A stretch of DNA of 64,000 nucleotides from a virus, in IMG/VR virus record IMGVR_UViG_3300027648_000001, positions 1 through 64,000 of that record; one strand, written 5' to 3'. The notes beneath the pieces are model-generated. The model saw nothing but the letters and a program-made list of their open reading frames with translations. It was not told where the DNA came from and did no database searches. Made by a program: the position numbers and the translations under genes. Shown one piece after another: positions 1 to 8,628 of the stretch; position 1 is the stretch's first letter, and each line of letters begins with the position of its first letter.

Positions 1-323
1 TCGTGCTCCATGTGCTCTGGATTGAATAATCCACCAGCTTGTAAATATTTTACGATGCGACTTTCAAGCGTCATTTCGACCTCTCCGCGTAACGAACAAC
101 CTTTATCAGCACGCCGGTAAATGGTCCAGAGTTTTTCTGGGTTTTGGATTGCGTTTTTCAGTCTACGAGCTTCACTCTGCATTGCTTCGTAGAATGATTC
201 CGGCCTGGAAACGTCCCAATTGGGATCGTGTTGAATGCGGTCCAGTAATTCGATGGAGCGTTCCGCCTTGGCAATATCTTGTGCCAGCTTTAGCTCTGGC
301 GTACCGCCGCGAGGCTTGGGCAT
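1..323 (-). CDS. hypothetical protein, partial (runs off left edge)
   Basis: Hand-translated open frame from ATG 323 to the window edge (MPKPRGGTPELKLAQDIAKAE...). Absent from the ORF track because there is no stop in the window. Weak SD. Confidence 0.45.
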   Translation of the reverse strand, partial: MPKPRGGTPELKLAQDIAKAERSIELLDRIQHDPNWDVSRPESFYEAMQSEARRLKNAIQNPEKLWTIYRRADKGCSLRGEVEMTLESRIVKYLQAGGLFNPEHMEH

Positions 324-348
324 TGCTCGTTTACAGCAGGGCATTTAT

Positions 349-549
349 TCATCGTTTCACCGCCCCGCCATTCGGCCCGCATTTATCGTTGATGTAATCT
401 ATCCAACGTTCGTACTTGAAGCTGGGGTTTTGCGACCGCAAAAATTCGGCCAGCGTTCTGAGTTGGTGGTCTGTGAATTGTTCGTCCGGTGAAAACTTGT
501 TGTGCCGTTTGATGCTATCCGCCAATGCTATAAGGTGTCGTTTTGTCAT
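349..549 (-). CDS. hypothetical protein (66 aa)
   Basis: ORF track. GGGGGAAG SD upstream. ATGA overlap with the upstream gene's stop. Confidence 0.55.
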   Translation of the reverse strand: MTKRHLIALADSIKRHNKFSPDEQFTDHQLRTLAEFLRSQNPSFKYERWIDYINDKCGPNGGAVKR

Positions 550-1055
550 TCTTCCCCCATTTTCCTTCTGTTTTGGGCTTGTTCTAGTGGTGAGGCCCAG
601 CGACAGTTTGCTTTACAGTAATTTCCGTTATTGTTTTGGCGTTCTATGGATTTGCCATTTGGCCTTTCGCCCATATCTGCCAAGAAATTTTCAAATTTAT
701 ACCAACGTTTACAGACTTTAATTCCACGCCCGCCATACCTTGGCCACGACGTACAGTTTGGGTTTCGGCAACGTGACAACATCCCCGCCCATGTTCCATA
801 TGTTGGTGTCGCGGCCCTGCCGTGCTTTACTCGTTTTACGGCTTCTAGTTGCAGACAGCCACACGATAAAATTTTTCCACGATATACAGGCGATGCTGGG
901 GCTACGTGCTGACATCCACAATCGCAATTAAAAAGCCAAAGCCGTTGCACTCTGTGATTTAAGCCCAACCGCATAACACCGACAAGTCGTCCAAACCGTT
1001 TATCTCTTAGGTTTAATTCTGTTCCGCTTGGCATACCACATCGTACGGTATGCAT
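546..1055 (-). CDS. phage DNA-binding/homing-endonuclease-like protein (family often annotated HNH or AP2-like)
   Basis: ORF track. Cys-rich N-terminus (CDCGC...SCGC) and a C-terminal [12 protein letters not shown]...[11 protein letters not shown] motif that I recall from a recurrent phage family. Product name uncertain. Confidence 0.55.
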   Translation of the reverse strand: MHTVRCGMPSGTELNLRDKRFGRLVGVMRLGLNHRVQRLWLFNCDCGCQHVAPASPVYRGKILSCGCLQLEAVKRVKHGRAATPTYGTWAGMLSRCRNPNCTSWPRYGGRGIKVCKRWYKFENFLADMGERPNGKSIERQNNNGNYCKANCRWASPLEQAQNRRKMGEE

Positions 1056-1176
1056 AAAATGTAATCAAGTGTTTTCGTTACCCTCCAAGGTATTCGATGC
1101 TGAGATTATAACTCAAAGGCCCCTAAACTGCAAGCGTTATTTTCGGGAATTATATAGTTGAGTCCCTTGGCTCATG

Positions 1177-1293
1177 CTATTTCCCCGCCTTTGCTTTCCG
1201 CTTATTCCTGCGGATTCTGCGCTTTGCAGCCTTCGTCTTGGGCTTTGGGTGATATGCGAGTACAACGTCTGCGATGGCGTCTAGGGCTTTCAT
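1177..1293 (-). CDS. small basic ORF (38 aa)
   Basis: Hand-read MKALDAIADVVLAYHPKPKTKAAKRRIRRNKRKAKAGK. Its ATG overlaps the transposase TGA (ATGA). Confidence 0.3.
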   Translation of the reverse strand: MKALDAIADVVLAYHPKPKTKAAKRRIRRNKRKAKAGK

Positions 1294-2213
1294 GCCGTTA
1301 ACCTCGCAAACGTCAGCCGCTTGCCTCTAATAGCGTCCACGAACGAATCCAGACGCTCTGTGGTGTGTCGGGCAACATTGCCTTGATTCAGGCGGAAGGT
1401 AAACTCATCCACGTAACGGCCAAGGTGCTTTTTGCTCATGTGGTGATAAACGCCGTGTTCTCCACGCTTCATTACAGCCCATACGGATTCAATGCTGTTA
1501 GTGTGGGCGTCGCCGCGAACATATTCGCCTGTCACATGCTTCACTGCTTCATGCGTATAGCCTTGGGAACCAATGCGCTTGTAACCGGGAGCCTCGTCAG
1601 TCATGATGCGGGAGCCGGGAGCGACGTGCTTGTGAATCAGACCGCGCAGAGCCAGCCCGCCGATGCTATCGGATACCTTAGCTACCACGTAGCCATCGCG
1701 TTGACGCAGACCGATTACGGCCGCTTTCTCTGACCGCTGGCGAGGCTTGTGGATGCGGTCATACATGTGCCGATTGTTCTCTTCGCCACCGAAGAACGTC
1801 TCATCAACTTCAATCGTACCCTGTAACTTTTCCAATTCCGTGCCACAGGCTTCGCGCAACCGATGCAGTACGAACCAAGCGGATTTCTGCGTGATGCCGA
1901 TTTCCTTGCCGAGTTGTAGGCTTGAGATTCCCTTGCGGGCCGTCACCAACAGATACATCGCGTAGAGCCATTTGTGCAGCGGTACATGGCTGCGCTCGAA
2001 GATAGTCCCTGTCCGCACAGTGAAGTCCAGCTTGCACGCATTGCAACGGTAGAAGCCGTCCTTACGGGTTGTGATTCGCTCTTTGGACTTGCACTCCGGG
2101 CAGGTTACGCCGTCTTTCCAGAGGCGTCCCTCCAGATACTTGCGAGCGGACGGCTCATCGGGAAACAGTTCAAAGAGTCTGAAAGTGCTGATTGTGCTAC
2201 GACTCATCGTCAT
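1290..2213 (-). CDS. IS1595-family (ISXO2-like) DDE transposase
   Basis: N-terminal Zn-ribbon (CPECKS...YRCNACK) followed by a DDE core (VDETFFGG...MTDEAPGY...HTNSIESVW), typical of IS1595/ISXO2 transposases. Start set at the first ATG (MTMSRS). Confidence 0.85.
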   Translation of the reverse strand: MTMSRSTISTFRLFELFPDEPSARKYLEGRLWKDGVTCPECKSKERITTRKDGFYRCNACKLDFTVRTGTIFERSHVPLHKWLYAMYLLVTARKGISSLQLGKEIGITQKSAWFVLHRLREACGTELEKLQGTIEVDETFFGGEENNRHMYDRIHKPRQRSEKAAVIGLRQRDGYVVAKVSDSIGGLALRGLIHKHVAPGSRIMTDEAPGYKRIGSQGYTHEAVKHVTGEYVRGDAHTNSIESVWAVMKRGEHGVYHHMSKKHLGRYVDEFTFRLNQGNVARHTTERLDSFVDAIRGKRLTFARLTA

Positions 2214-2355
2214 CTCCCAGTGAATCAATAAACACGTCTATTTCGCCTTTCAAATTCCGCAAATTCTCTTTAGCCTGCGCCTGAGACACAGAGCGGTCAC
2301 CGAACAATTTGGAGATTGCTTCCACTGCCGCGTCATACAGTTCTTCGTTGCTCAC
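2197..2355 (-). CDS. small acidic ORF (52 aa, GTG start)
   Basis: Hand-read VSNEELYDAAVEAISKLFGDR...DDDES. GTGA overlap with the upstream stop. Its 3' end overlaps the transposase start. Confidence 0.35.
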   Translation of the reverse strand: MSNEELYDAAVEAISKLFGDRSVSQAQAKENLRNLKGEIDVFIDSLGDDDES

Positions 2356-2612
2356 TTGAGTAGCGCCTCTTCACGTTCAACCGCTTTCTTGGCCAAGTCA
2401 AAGACGTACTGCGGTGGACGTTGCGGGACAATTTGATTCTCGTAGAGAATAACCCATTCTCGCGCCACATTCTCAATGCCGTGCTCCATGTGGTCACCGC
2501 CACTAGATGCATAACTGAAAACGATTGCGCCAAGCACAGACTTCGGTATGCGGTCTGCCAGCCGTCCAAGATGGTCATTGTAGATATTGCCCGTATAGTT
2601 GACGTGAGCCAT
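2352..2612 (-). CDS. hypothetical protein (86 aa)
   Basis: ORF track, trimmed to the internal ATG (MAHVNYTG) that overlaps the upstream TAA (TAATG). Confidence 0.5.
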   Translation of the reverse strand: MAHVNYTGNIYNDHLGRLADRIPKSVLGAIVFSYASSGGDHMEHGIENVAREWVILYENQIVPQRPPQYVFDLAKKAVEREEALLK

Positions 2613-2776
2613 TAGTTCACCGCCTTTAGCACGGCCACAAACAAGATGCCGAACTGACGAAGTATCCAACACTCTCCATCAACGTTCTTGAAGTGTGTAC
2701 GGTACGGCTCTGCGGTCATGCGCTGAATGCTCACATACAACCTGCCGATGCGGATGAAAGGGTTCTTAGTATCCAT
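2612..2776 (-). CDS. hypothetical protein (54 aa)
   Basis: Hand-read MDTKNPFIRIGRLYVSIQRM... preceded by GGAGGT SD. Below the ORF-track length cutoff. Confidence 0.45.
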   Translation of the reverse strand: MDTKNPFIRIGRLYVSIQRMTAEPYRTHFKNVDGECWILRQFGILFVAVLKAVN

Positions 2777-2917
2777 GTGTGTTACCTCCATGCTTCACAT
2801 TGTACATAACTCCCTCACGGTAGGCAAGTACATTCTGCAAACAAGCCAAAGATTTTTAACACAAACAAAGCACTTAAAGTCGTGCGTTTACTTGCGGGAG
2901 TTATCTATATAATTCCC

Positions 2918-3085
2918 TTATTTTCTTAGTTCTGGGTAATTCTTTACTTCAGCGTCGGCCAGAATTACGGCCAAATGCTTTGCCGCACGGTCACACTCAT
3001 AGCTGTGCTTACTGGCAGCGAATAGCTCGCCATCGATGAACACGCCCCACTGTTTTTCAAGTGGCCTAACTTCAATTAGGGTCAT
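2918..3085 (-). CDS. hypothetical protein (55 aa)
   Basis: Hand-read MTLIEVRPLEKQWGVFIDGE... ATG lies directly after the upstream stop. Confidence 0.45.
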   Translation of the reverse strand: MTLIEVRPLEKQWGVFIDGELFAASKHSYECDRAAKHLAVILADAEVKNYPELRK

Positions 3086-3316
3086 TTAGTTTTGATACCT
3101 CGCCATGCGAGCGCTAAAGTCTACAGGGGTCTGTTCCCGCTCTAGCTCTAGGACCGCCCGGCCTAGCGTTATAACTGCCGCTTGGCGCGTTGCGCGGTCC
3201 CAGTAGCCATCGTAGAGCGTTCCAATAGCATCTGTAAGCGTCCACATGGCTGGCGTAATCGGGCAGCCAATCCAATCGATGGATGTCTTATTTGGGACAT
3301 GGATTAGTGTTTCCAT
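3086..3316 (-). CDS. hypothetical protein (76 aa)
   Basis: ORF track. Sits in the packed minus-strand operon. Confidence 0.55.
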   Translation of the reverse strand: METLIHVPNKTSIDWIGCPITPAMWTLTDAIGTLYDGYWDRATRQAAVITLGRAVLELEREQTPVDFSARMARYQN

Positions 3317-3606
3317 TGTGCGGGCCGTCTGTCCCTAAATTGTTTGTGGGTTTCCTTGATGAAGGCCACAAGTACGGGCCGTTCCGCCTGAGAAACCTGA
3401 TACGGGAAACTGTTTATCGAGCGTTCGGCCAGTTCGTCCCACTTTTCAGCGTCAATCAGTTCTGCGCATGCGTCGCACGCGCACCAGCTACCGACGCTAG
3501 TAGCCGGTAACCCTGCAATGTCAAAATCTTGGCAGGGATAGACTCGCTCCCACTTCTCGCTGGAGCAAAAGTCGCATACATCTTTGGGGCTAATTCTGAT
3601 TTCCAT
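3304..3606 (-). CDS. hypothetical Cys-rich protein (100 aa)
   Basis: ORF track. AAGGGAGGA SD upstream. Confidence 0.6.
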   Translation of the reverse strand: MEIRISPKDVCDFCSSEKWERVYPCQDFDIAGLPATSVGSWCACDACAELIDAEKWDELAERSINSFPYQVSQAERPVLVAFIKETHKQFRDRRPAQWKH

Positions 3607-3663
3607 GTTTTATCCTCCCTTCAAAAACTGAAGTCATAGATATTGCTTGCGGTTTCTTTCATC

Positions 3664-4131
3664 TTAAGCCGCCTTTGCAATGTCGTTCAGTGGTTCGTAA
3701 GTTTCCATCGCCGCTAGAGCTTCATCCTCGTGCAGGTCTGGACGAATTTGTTTGGCTATATTCCATGCCAAAATCTCGTTGGAATAGATACGCTTGGCCA
3801 TGTCCGGCGTGAAGTCGTCCAAGTACATTTCCTCAGCTGGTTTGGTTATTTCGCCGGTCGAGCGCGGGTCTTCGTGCATCCCGCCTGGAACTTTGAAGAT
3901 ACTACTCAAAACGTGACCGATTTCGTGCGCTGCGGTCGTAAGCATGGCGTACTTGTTCGGTTTCCCCTTTGGGCCAGGGACCATATCGTCGCAGACTTTC
4001 ACAAAGTAGGTTTCATCCGCACCGGGAATACTAATGAGGGATTTGTCATCGGTTCGCGCAGTCCCGCTAGTGCCTTTCGTTTTTTTGCTAGTATCGATGG
4101 TAAGCAGTATCGCTACTTTCTTTATTGCCAT
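3664..4131 (-). CDS. putative zinc metallopeptidase (HExxH motif)
   Basis: ORF track. The single zincin motif AAHEIGHV is the only functional clue. CCTTGGAGGG SD upstream. Confidence 0.55.
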   Translation of the reverse strand: MAIKKVAILLTIDTSKKTKGTSGTARTDDKSLISIPGADETYFVKVCDDMVPGPKGKPNKYAMLTTAAHEIGHVLSSIFKVPGGMHEDPRSTGEITKPAEEMYLDDFTPDMAKRIYSNEILAWNIAKQIRPDLHEDEALAAMETYEPLNDIAKAA

Positions 4132-4217
4132 ATCTTTAACCCTCCAAGGTTATTTGAGATTGTGTCTCATCGTATAAGACGCCATGGACAAACAAAAGGA
4201 TTCAAATTTTGGTCCTG

Positions 4218-4285
4218 CGGTCTGTTTTCTTGGAAACACGGTCTGTTTTCATGGACAAAATTGTTTAGCCTGGACAAAATTGTTT
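4218..4285. repeat. iteron-like direct repeats
   Basis: CGGTCTGTTTTC at 4218 and 4239 (21-nt period). TGGACAAAATTGTTT at 4252 and 4271 (19-nt period). Related ATGGACAAACAAAAGG at 4184. Confidence 0.7.
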
Positions 4286-4401
4286 GGATTTAACAACTTA
4301 GAGCCGCGCGTCCCACCAGGTACTAAAGTGTGCGTCGTGGAACATTTTTGGGTACTAAGGGTACTGGTACCATCCCAGTACCAATACCCTTAGACCTACC
4401 C

Positions 4402-4533
4402 CTACCCTCTACCCATTTTGAGCACGATTCCGGCGATTTTGGCTAGTACGTAAGTAAGCACAATTCCGCTTAACATGGCCAAAACTGCCATTACCAATTG
4501 GGCGTAGAGGATCGGCGCAATTACATTACTCAT
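4402..4533 (-). CDS. small membrane peptide (43 aa)
   Basis: Hand-read MSNVIAPILYAQLVMAVLAMLSGIVLTYVLAKIAGIVLKMGRG. ATGA overlap with the upstream stop. Confidence 0.45.
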   Translation of the reverse strand: MSNVIAPILYAQLVMAVLAMLSGIVLTYVLAKIAGIVLKMGRG

Positions 4534-4880
4534 GAACCCATACCGTCCAATTGTCCGCCCATGCCGTCGATACCATCAATAGACGTTTTAGGCGCGTCCC
4601 CGAGCGAATCATAGTTAGTAGAGGTTAGCTTGGCGTGTTTTTTGATGTCTGAAACGTACGTATCTCCCATTTCGCCATCGGGAACTATGGGCGTGTGGAC
4701 ATCACAAAACCAACGCGCGTACGGGTTTTTCGCTTCATTGTCCGGCGATTGCCACTTTTTTAGTACGTTCCACACCCATGTTTGCCCGTCCGAAGGATCG
4801 CCGTACGGCGCAGATTTCCATACTTCGTACGGGTTTCCGCGTTTGCGCATCTTATTGCAAGTGTTTTTGCTTTTTGGCAT
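4530..4880 (-). CDS. conserved phage protein of unknown function (116 aa)
   Basis: ORF track. CCTTGGAGGCTGC-ATG leader. The NPYEVW...VLKKWQ...NPYARWFC pattern recalls a recurrent phage family. Confidence 0.65.
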   Translation of the reverse strand: MPKSKNTCNKMRKRGNPYEVWKSAPYGDPSDGQTWVWNVLKKWQSPDNEAKNPYARWFCDVHTPIVPDGEMGDTYVSDIKKHAKLTSTNYDSLGDAPKTSIDGIDGMGGQLDGMGS

Positions 4881-5126
4881 GCAGCCTCCAAGGTTTAAAA
4901 GTTAACTCCGCTAGGATGTCCCAATTAGGACATCCTAACGTTGCTAACTACTTTCTTGCCAAAAACCTTAGCCATTCCTTAGCGCTACCGTACAAGCTTT
5001 GCTGCTCTTTCGCCATTTGACCGCCTTTCGCATCTAGTTTTTTCATAGGGCCTTTACCTCCAAGGTTAGATTTACTTCGCTAGAATGGCTCCGTATTGCG
5101 TCCCAGAGCCATCCTAACGCGGTAAT

Positions 5127-5378
5127 CTATTCTTCTGGAGTAAATCCACGGTCAAATGCAACGTCGCCTATTGCCTCAATAAGGCGACTGAAGACAATTT
5201 TAGCCGTGAATCCATTTCCAGTTACAACATAAGCGACCACGAATGCTACGGCACCGAACGTCAAAACACCCCAATGGCGTACAATTTTAACGCCTACCAC
5301 ATTGTGCGCCATTGTGTACCAAACGGTATGGGACGCTGGCATTTTGTAGGAAGAGAACCCTAGGTTAAGCGCCGTCAT
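5127..5378 (-). CDS. membrane protein (83 aa)
   Basis: ORF track, trimmed to the ATG (MTALNLGF...) overlapping the upstream stop. Hydrophobic core GVLTFGAVAFVVAYVV. Confidence 0.45.
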   Translation of the reverse strand: MTALNLGFSSYKMPASHTVWYTMAHNVVGVKIVRHWGVLTFGAVAFVVAYVVTGNGFTAKIVFSRLIEAIGDVAFDRGFTPEE

Positions 5379-5586
5379 GGCTACCTTCAGTACCGCGATG
5401 ATATGCGCGATTGTCGGACCTACGGGCAATCTTCGCGGCATCGGGCAGGTAGTGATAGTTTCGTTCGCGTTCCGATTGGTACCCGCCACCATAAAAGCTT
5501 TCAATATCGGCGGGAGAAAAGGTTTCGATGTGATGGTAGCGGGATTTGCGCGACCTGTGCCCGCGTGCTTTGTTAGTTACGCCCAT
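5365..5586 (-). CDS. hypothetical basic protein (73 aa)
   Basis: ORF track, trimmed to the internal ATG (MGVTNKARGH). Confidence 0.45.
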   Translation of the reverse strand: MGVTNKARGHRSRKSRYHHIETFSPADIESFYGGGYQSERERNYHYLPDAAKIARRSDNRAYHRGTEGSHDGA

Positions 5587-5728
5587 AGATAACCCCTGAG
5601 CGTATCTGTTTTTCGAGCTTGCGCGGGATTCTGTTCGGTTCGCAGAGCCGAATGTACCAGCCAAAAAACAGACGCGAATCGTACAGCATGCGCATTAGTG
5701 GCCTAGGTGCCTTTTGCTTTTTGCTCAT
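5573..5728 (-). CDS. hypothetical protein (51 aa)
   Basis: Hand-read MSKKQKAPRPLMRMLYDSRLFFGWY... behind the CCCTTGGAGGGTTAAT leader. Confidence 0.5.
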   Translation of the reverse strand: MSKKQKAPRPLMRMLYDSRLFFGWYIRLCEPNRIPRKLEKQIRSGVIYGRN

Positions 5729-5733
5729 ATTAA

Positions 5734-5758
5734 CCCTCCAAGGGATTTAGTTAATCCC
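5734..5758 (-). promoter_or_regulatory. conserved leader hairpin + extended SD, copy 1
   Basis: Minus-strand GGGATTAACTAAATCCCTTGGAGGG, immediately 5' of the 5728 ATG. Confidence 0.55.
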
Positions 5759-5792
5759 TAACGTGGGCCTGCGAAACCCATGTTAGCGGTAA

Positions 5793-6170
5793 CTAACCGC
5801 GATAGTTCGAGAACGTACCTTCCACGTGCAATTGCTCGCCACAATCGGAACACTTGCCGAAGCAAGTACGATTGTGAGCGCACATGTCTAGATTATGCGT
5901 TTTGCCAGTTTCCGCTTGCGCTACTGGAGAATATCGCGCAGAAAACTGAAACGGATTCACTCGGAAGCGATAGCGGTTAATCTTGCTAACGTGGATGTCC
6001 GCAATTAGGTCCGCGTTAGGGAACCTTTCCGCGTAATCTTGCGACGATTCACCCGCGCGTGGATTGAGCACGCGGTATGCTGCTCTTTCCCTGCCCGTTT
6101 GGTTCAATTCGTCGGAAAACTGCGCGTGATGTTTTCCCTGTTTTTGGTGTCGTAGGTTGTCTTGGTTCAT
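5793..6170 (-). CDS. hypothetical protein (125 aa)
   Basis: ORF track, trimmed to the ATG that overlaps the upstream TGA. Confidence 0.55.
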   Translation of the reverse strand: MNQDNLRHQKQGKHHAQFSDELNQTGRERAAYRVLNPRAGESSQDYAERFPNADLIADIHVSKINRYRFRVNPFQFSARYSPVAQAETGKTHNLDMCAHNRTCFGKCSDCGEQLHVEGTFSNYRG

Positions 6171-6394
6171 GGGTTCACCCATCCATGATTGACAGGTTGA
6201 TAGGTTCCCACGGTTACAGGCTGGCTAGGTGGGCGTAACGTGGCGCATTGCCCGACCAACCGCAGTTCAAAAGCATCTATATCCTGTGCGGTTAGTTCGG
6301 CGGAAACGGGTTCGTCGCCTGTTTGCGTAAAAGACGCAACGAAAGCCTCACGCATTTGGCGAAGGTAAGCTAGCTGCAATTGCCTTCTATCCAT
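6167..6394 (-). CDS. hypothetical protein (75 aa)
   Basis: ORF track, trimmed to the ATG behind the CCCTTGGAGGGTCAAATC leader. Confidence 0.55.
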   Translation of the reverse strand: MDRRQLQLAYLRQMREAFVASFTQTGDEPVSAELTAQDIDAFELRLVGQCATLRPPSQPVTVGTYQPVNHGWVNP

Positions 6395-6415
6395 GATTTG
6401 ACCCTCCAAGGGTTT

Positions 6416-6595
6416 CTAGCTACGTGGAACGAATCCCAGTAGGTTGTAATAATCAAGCGCATCTAGTGCGCCTTGTTGAGCGTTGTACGGACCTGCGACG
6501 ATTTGCCATGCGCACAAGGTAGAATCTTCTTTCCCTTGGTTCGCACAGATAAACCATTCGCCGGTAAGGCAATGGGCAATATAGGTGTCATCCAT
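6416..6595 (-). CDS. hypothetical protein (59 aa)
   Basis: ORF track, trimmed to the ATG (MDDTYIAH) overlapping the upstream TAA. Confidence 0.5.
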   Translation of the reverse strand: MDDTYIAHCLTGEWFICANQGKEDSTLCAWQIVAGPYNAQQGALDALDYYNLLGFVPRS

Positions 6596-6768
6596 TAGCG
6601 AATGCTCGCAATGCCGAGCGTTAGGAGCATTAACCCCAGTCCGCAAGCGCAAGTCAAAATGATTGCCTTAGCGGGGTTGAGCGTTACAAGGTAGGCCACA
6701 ATGCGCGGAGATTGCGAAGACAATGCCGCGCAGAGTGACAGTAGGCCGATTGCAAGGAAGATCGGCAT
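6595..6768 (-). CDS. membrane protein (57 aa)
   Basis: Hand-read MPIFLAIGLLSLCAALSS...LGLMLLTLGIASIR, two hydrophobic segments. TAATG coupling at both ends. Confidence 0.45.
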   Translation of the reverse strand: MPIFLAIGLLSLCAALSSQSPRIVAYLVTLNPAKAIILTCACGLGLMLLTLGIASIR

Positions 6769-6862
6769 TAAAGCTTACCTCCGAGCATACGGTTAACGCG
6801 TAGGAATGCTCCAATTAGGACCATTCCGAGCACGAACCAGATTTTAGACATGGAATCGAACA

Positions 6863-7063
6863 TTAGAGCACCATTTGAAAGAAAGCCTCTTGCTCAGCGC
6901 GTGCACGTGCGCTATCGCAATCGGTATCTTCCGTGTCTGCATCGGGTTCCATTGTGTTGGCAATCCACAGAGTAAACGCGGACAAACCCCATGCCGCGAA
7001 CCCCGTAATTACCGAAAGGATTAAAAACGCAACCAAAACACCGGAAAGCATGTCCTTAATCAT
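6863..7063 (-). CDS. membrane protein (66 aa)
   Basis: ORF track, trimmed to the ATG behind CCCTTGGAGGGTCACACT. One TM segment plus an acidic tail. Confidence 0.55.
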   Translation of the reverse strand: MIKDMLSGVLVAFLILSVITGFAAWGLSAFTLWIANTMEPDADTEDTDCDSARARAEQEAFFQMVL

Positions 7064-7070
7064 AGTGTGA

Positions 7071-7094
7071 CCCTCCAAGGGATTAGTTAATCCC
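7071..7094 (-). promoter_or_regulatory. conserved leader hairpin + extended SD, copy 2
   Basis: Minus-strand GGGATTAACTAATCCCTTGGAGGG, immediately 5' of the 7063 ATG. Confidence 0.55.
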
Positions 7095-7134
7095 GCACAT
7101 CCCACTTAGGACAAAGTAGGATGTACGCGTTAAA

Positions 7135-7602
7135 CTATTCTTTGCTCCAATACCCGTACACACATCGGGTTCCTTCTCTGTCCGGGTTATAGGTGTCATG
7201 AATAACGCCGTCAATAACTGCAACTAGATGCTTGGAAACATGCACAATAAGGCGACCGCTAGGCAATTCATGTGCTCTTAAATGAACCCTGCAACCTGTA
7301 CCAATACCCATTGTGGGCGTGTATTTCCATCCTAGTGAGCGAATGTATCGCTTGCTTGTTGCCTTGCGGACACTCATAGCGGGGTTACTCTTGCGCTTTC
7401 TGCGCTTGGTAATACGTTCGGTTGATTGTGCTAGGTTGTGGATAGCTTCAAATACTTCTTGATAAGGCATTTGTGCGGCAATAGCGACCGCGCGAGTAAC
7501 GCAGTCGCCACCATAACCCGCCTTTGTTCTTCCGCCGTCGTCGTACTGGAATGCTAGACGTGCGTACTGGTTAATGAAGATCGTTTCGATTGGCATGGGC
7601 AC
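7135..7602 (-). CDS. conserved phage protein of unknown function (about 155 aa)
   Basis: ORF track, trimmed to the GTG 7 nt after GGGAGGAAAA. GDCVTRAVAIA...GCRVHL...HLVAVIDGV...CVYGYW resembles a recurrent phage/plasmid family. Confidence 0.6.
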   Translation of the reverse strand: MPMPIETIFINQYARLAFQYDDGGRTKAGYGGDCVTRAVAIAAQMPYQEVFEAIHNLAQSTERITKRRKRKSNPAMSVRKATSKRYIRSLGWKYTPTMGIGTGCRVHLRAHELPSGRLIVHVSKHLVAVIDGVIHDTYNPDREGTRCVYGYWSKE

Positions 7603-7733
7603 TAGTTTTCCTCCCATGTTTTTGAGTACTTCAGGACCAAGGCAAACAGGATTAGACCTAGTGGCGCATAGCCTCCAAACCCTAAAGCTAACGCGCCGAC
7701 AAGGCCGATTGCGGTTAAAACGCTCATTAGCAT
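7602..7733 (-). CDS. small membrane peptide (43 aa)
   Basis: Hand-read MLMSVLTAIGLVGALALGFGGYAPLGLILFALVLKYSKTWEEN behind TTGGAGGGG. Confidence 0.45.
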   Translation of the reverse strand: MLMSVLTAIGLVGALALGFGGYAPLGLILFALVLKYSKTWEEN

Positions 7734-7815
7734 TATCCCCTCCAATGGACAATGGAATAACCGATAACCCACAGTAACAAGCCGCATTCGAGCGTTAGTA
7801 ACACCCAAAACGCGA

Positions 7816-8004
7816 CTAGCGCACACAATGGACATACTCCATACCGTGCCTAGCTTCGTGCTCATCTGCATAAACGGAGTACGGTACCGGGCAAGAGTAA
7901 GCTTGTCCGTTCCATGTAGGTTTGGGCGTTTTGGGTAGCAGGCAGGAAACCAGAGCAATGATTCCCAGCCAGAAGAGAATGACATCAATACGTAATGGTT
8001 TCAT
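7816..8004 (-). CDS. small secreted or lipoprotein-like protein (62 aa)
   Basis: ORF track. N-terminal hydrophobic segment ending LVSC. Confidence 0.45.
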   Translation of the reverse strand: MKPLRIDVILFWLGIIALVSCLLPKTPKPTWNGQAYSCPVPYSVYADEHEARHGMEYVHCVR

Positions 8005-8222
8005 AGTGCACGTTCCAATGAACCAGTGGAAACCATACAGATAAACTTTCCACTAATAGGATCGCCAACGTAGCATTGGCCCATTGTGTTGGCTTTCGGA
8101 GCGCTAGGAAGTTCAATAACCTTCACTAACTGCCCGTCCATAAGGTTATTGCCCGAGCATGGGAGTACGGTATCCCAGCCATTAGGATGGTAGCGGTAGG
8201 TTTTGCCAACTAGTACGCGCAT
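8001..8222 (-). CDS. hypothetical protein (73 aa)
   Basis: ORF track. ATGA coupling to the downstream gene. Confidence 0.55.
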   Translation of the reverse strand: MRVLVGKTYRYHPNGWDTVLPCSGNNLMDGQLVKVIELPSAPKANTMGQCYVGDPISGKFICMVSTGSLERAL

Positions 8223-8223
8223 G

Positions 8224-8628
8224 TTAGCGGCCTGCCTTCACGGAGTAGTGATAGTCCGTACCACGTGCGCGGAGTAGATCGGCATAGTCGTTAGCATCGG
8301 ATTCTAAGCGGAATTTAGCCACCACGAACGTAGGCCGCACAGCGCCATGTGCATTGAACCGTAAAACCTTGAACCAGACCACAGTAGGCCGCACAGCGCC
8401 CGGCGCATAGCTTTGGTTAGGTTTAGAAGACTTCTCTATAACCCGAATAGCGTCCTTCTGTGCGCTACCTGATACATGGTCCGGTGTGGCATGGATTGGC
8501 TTGTCCTCTGCAAATGAATGAATAGAACATAGATAGGCACGCATCATTCCGAGGTGAACATGGGAAGCGGTACGCGGACATCTACGCTGTGTACCATTTG
8601 CCAGAGTGTAAGTTAACTCACATTGCAT
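8224..8628 (-). CDS. hypothetical protein (134 aa), first gene of the leftward operon
   Basis: ORF track. CTTGGAGGGG SD. Internal GAVRPT(V/F)VV duplication. Confidence 0.6.
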   Translation of the reverse strand: MQCELTYTLANGTQRRCPRTASHVHLGMMRAYLCSIHSFAEDKPIHATPDHVSGSAQKDAIRVIEKSSKPNQSYAPGAVRPTVVWFKVLRFNAHGAVRPTFVVAKFRLESDANDYADLLRARGTDYHYSVKAGR

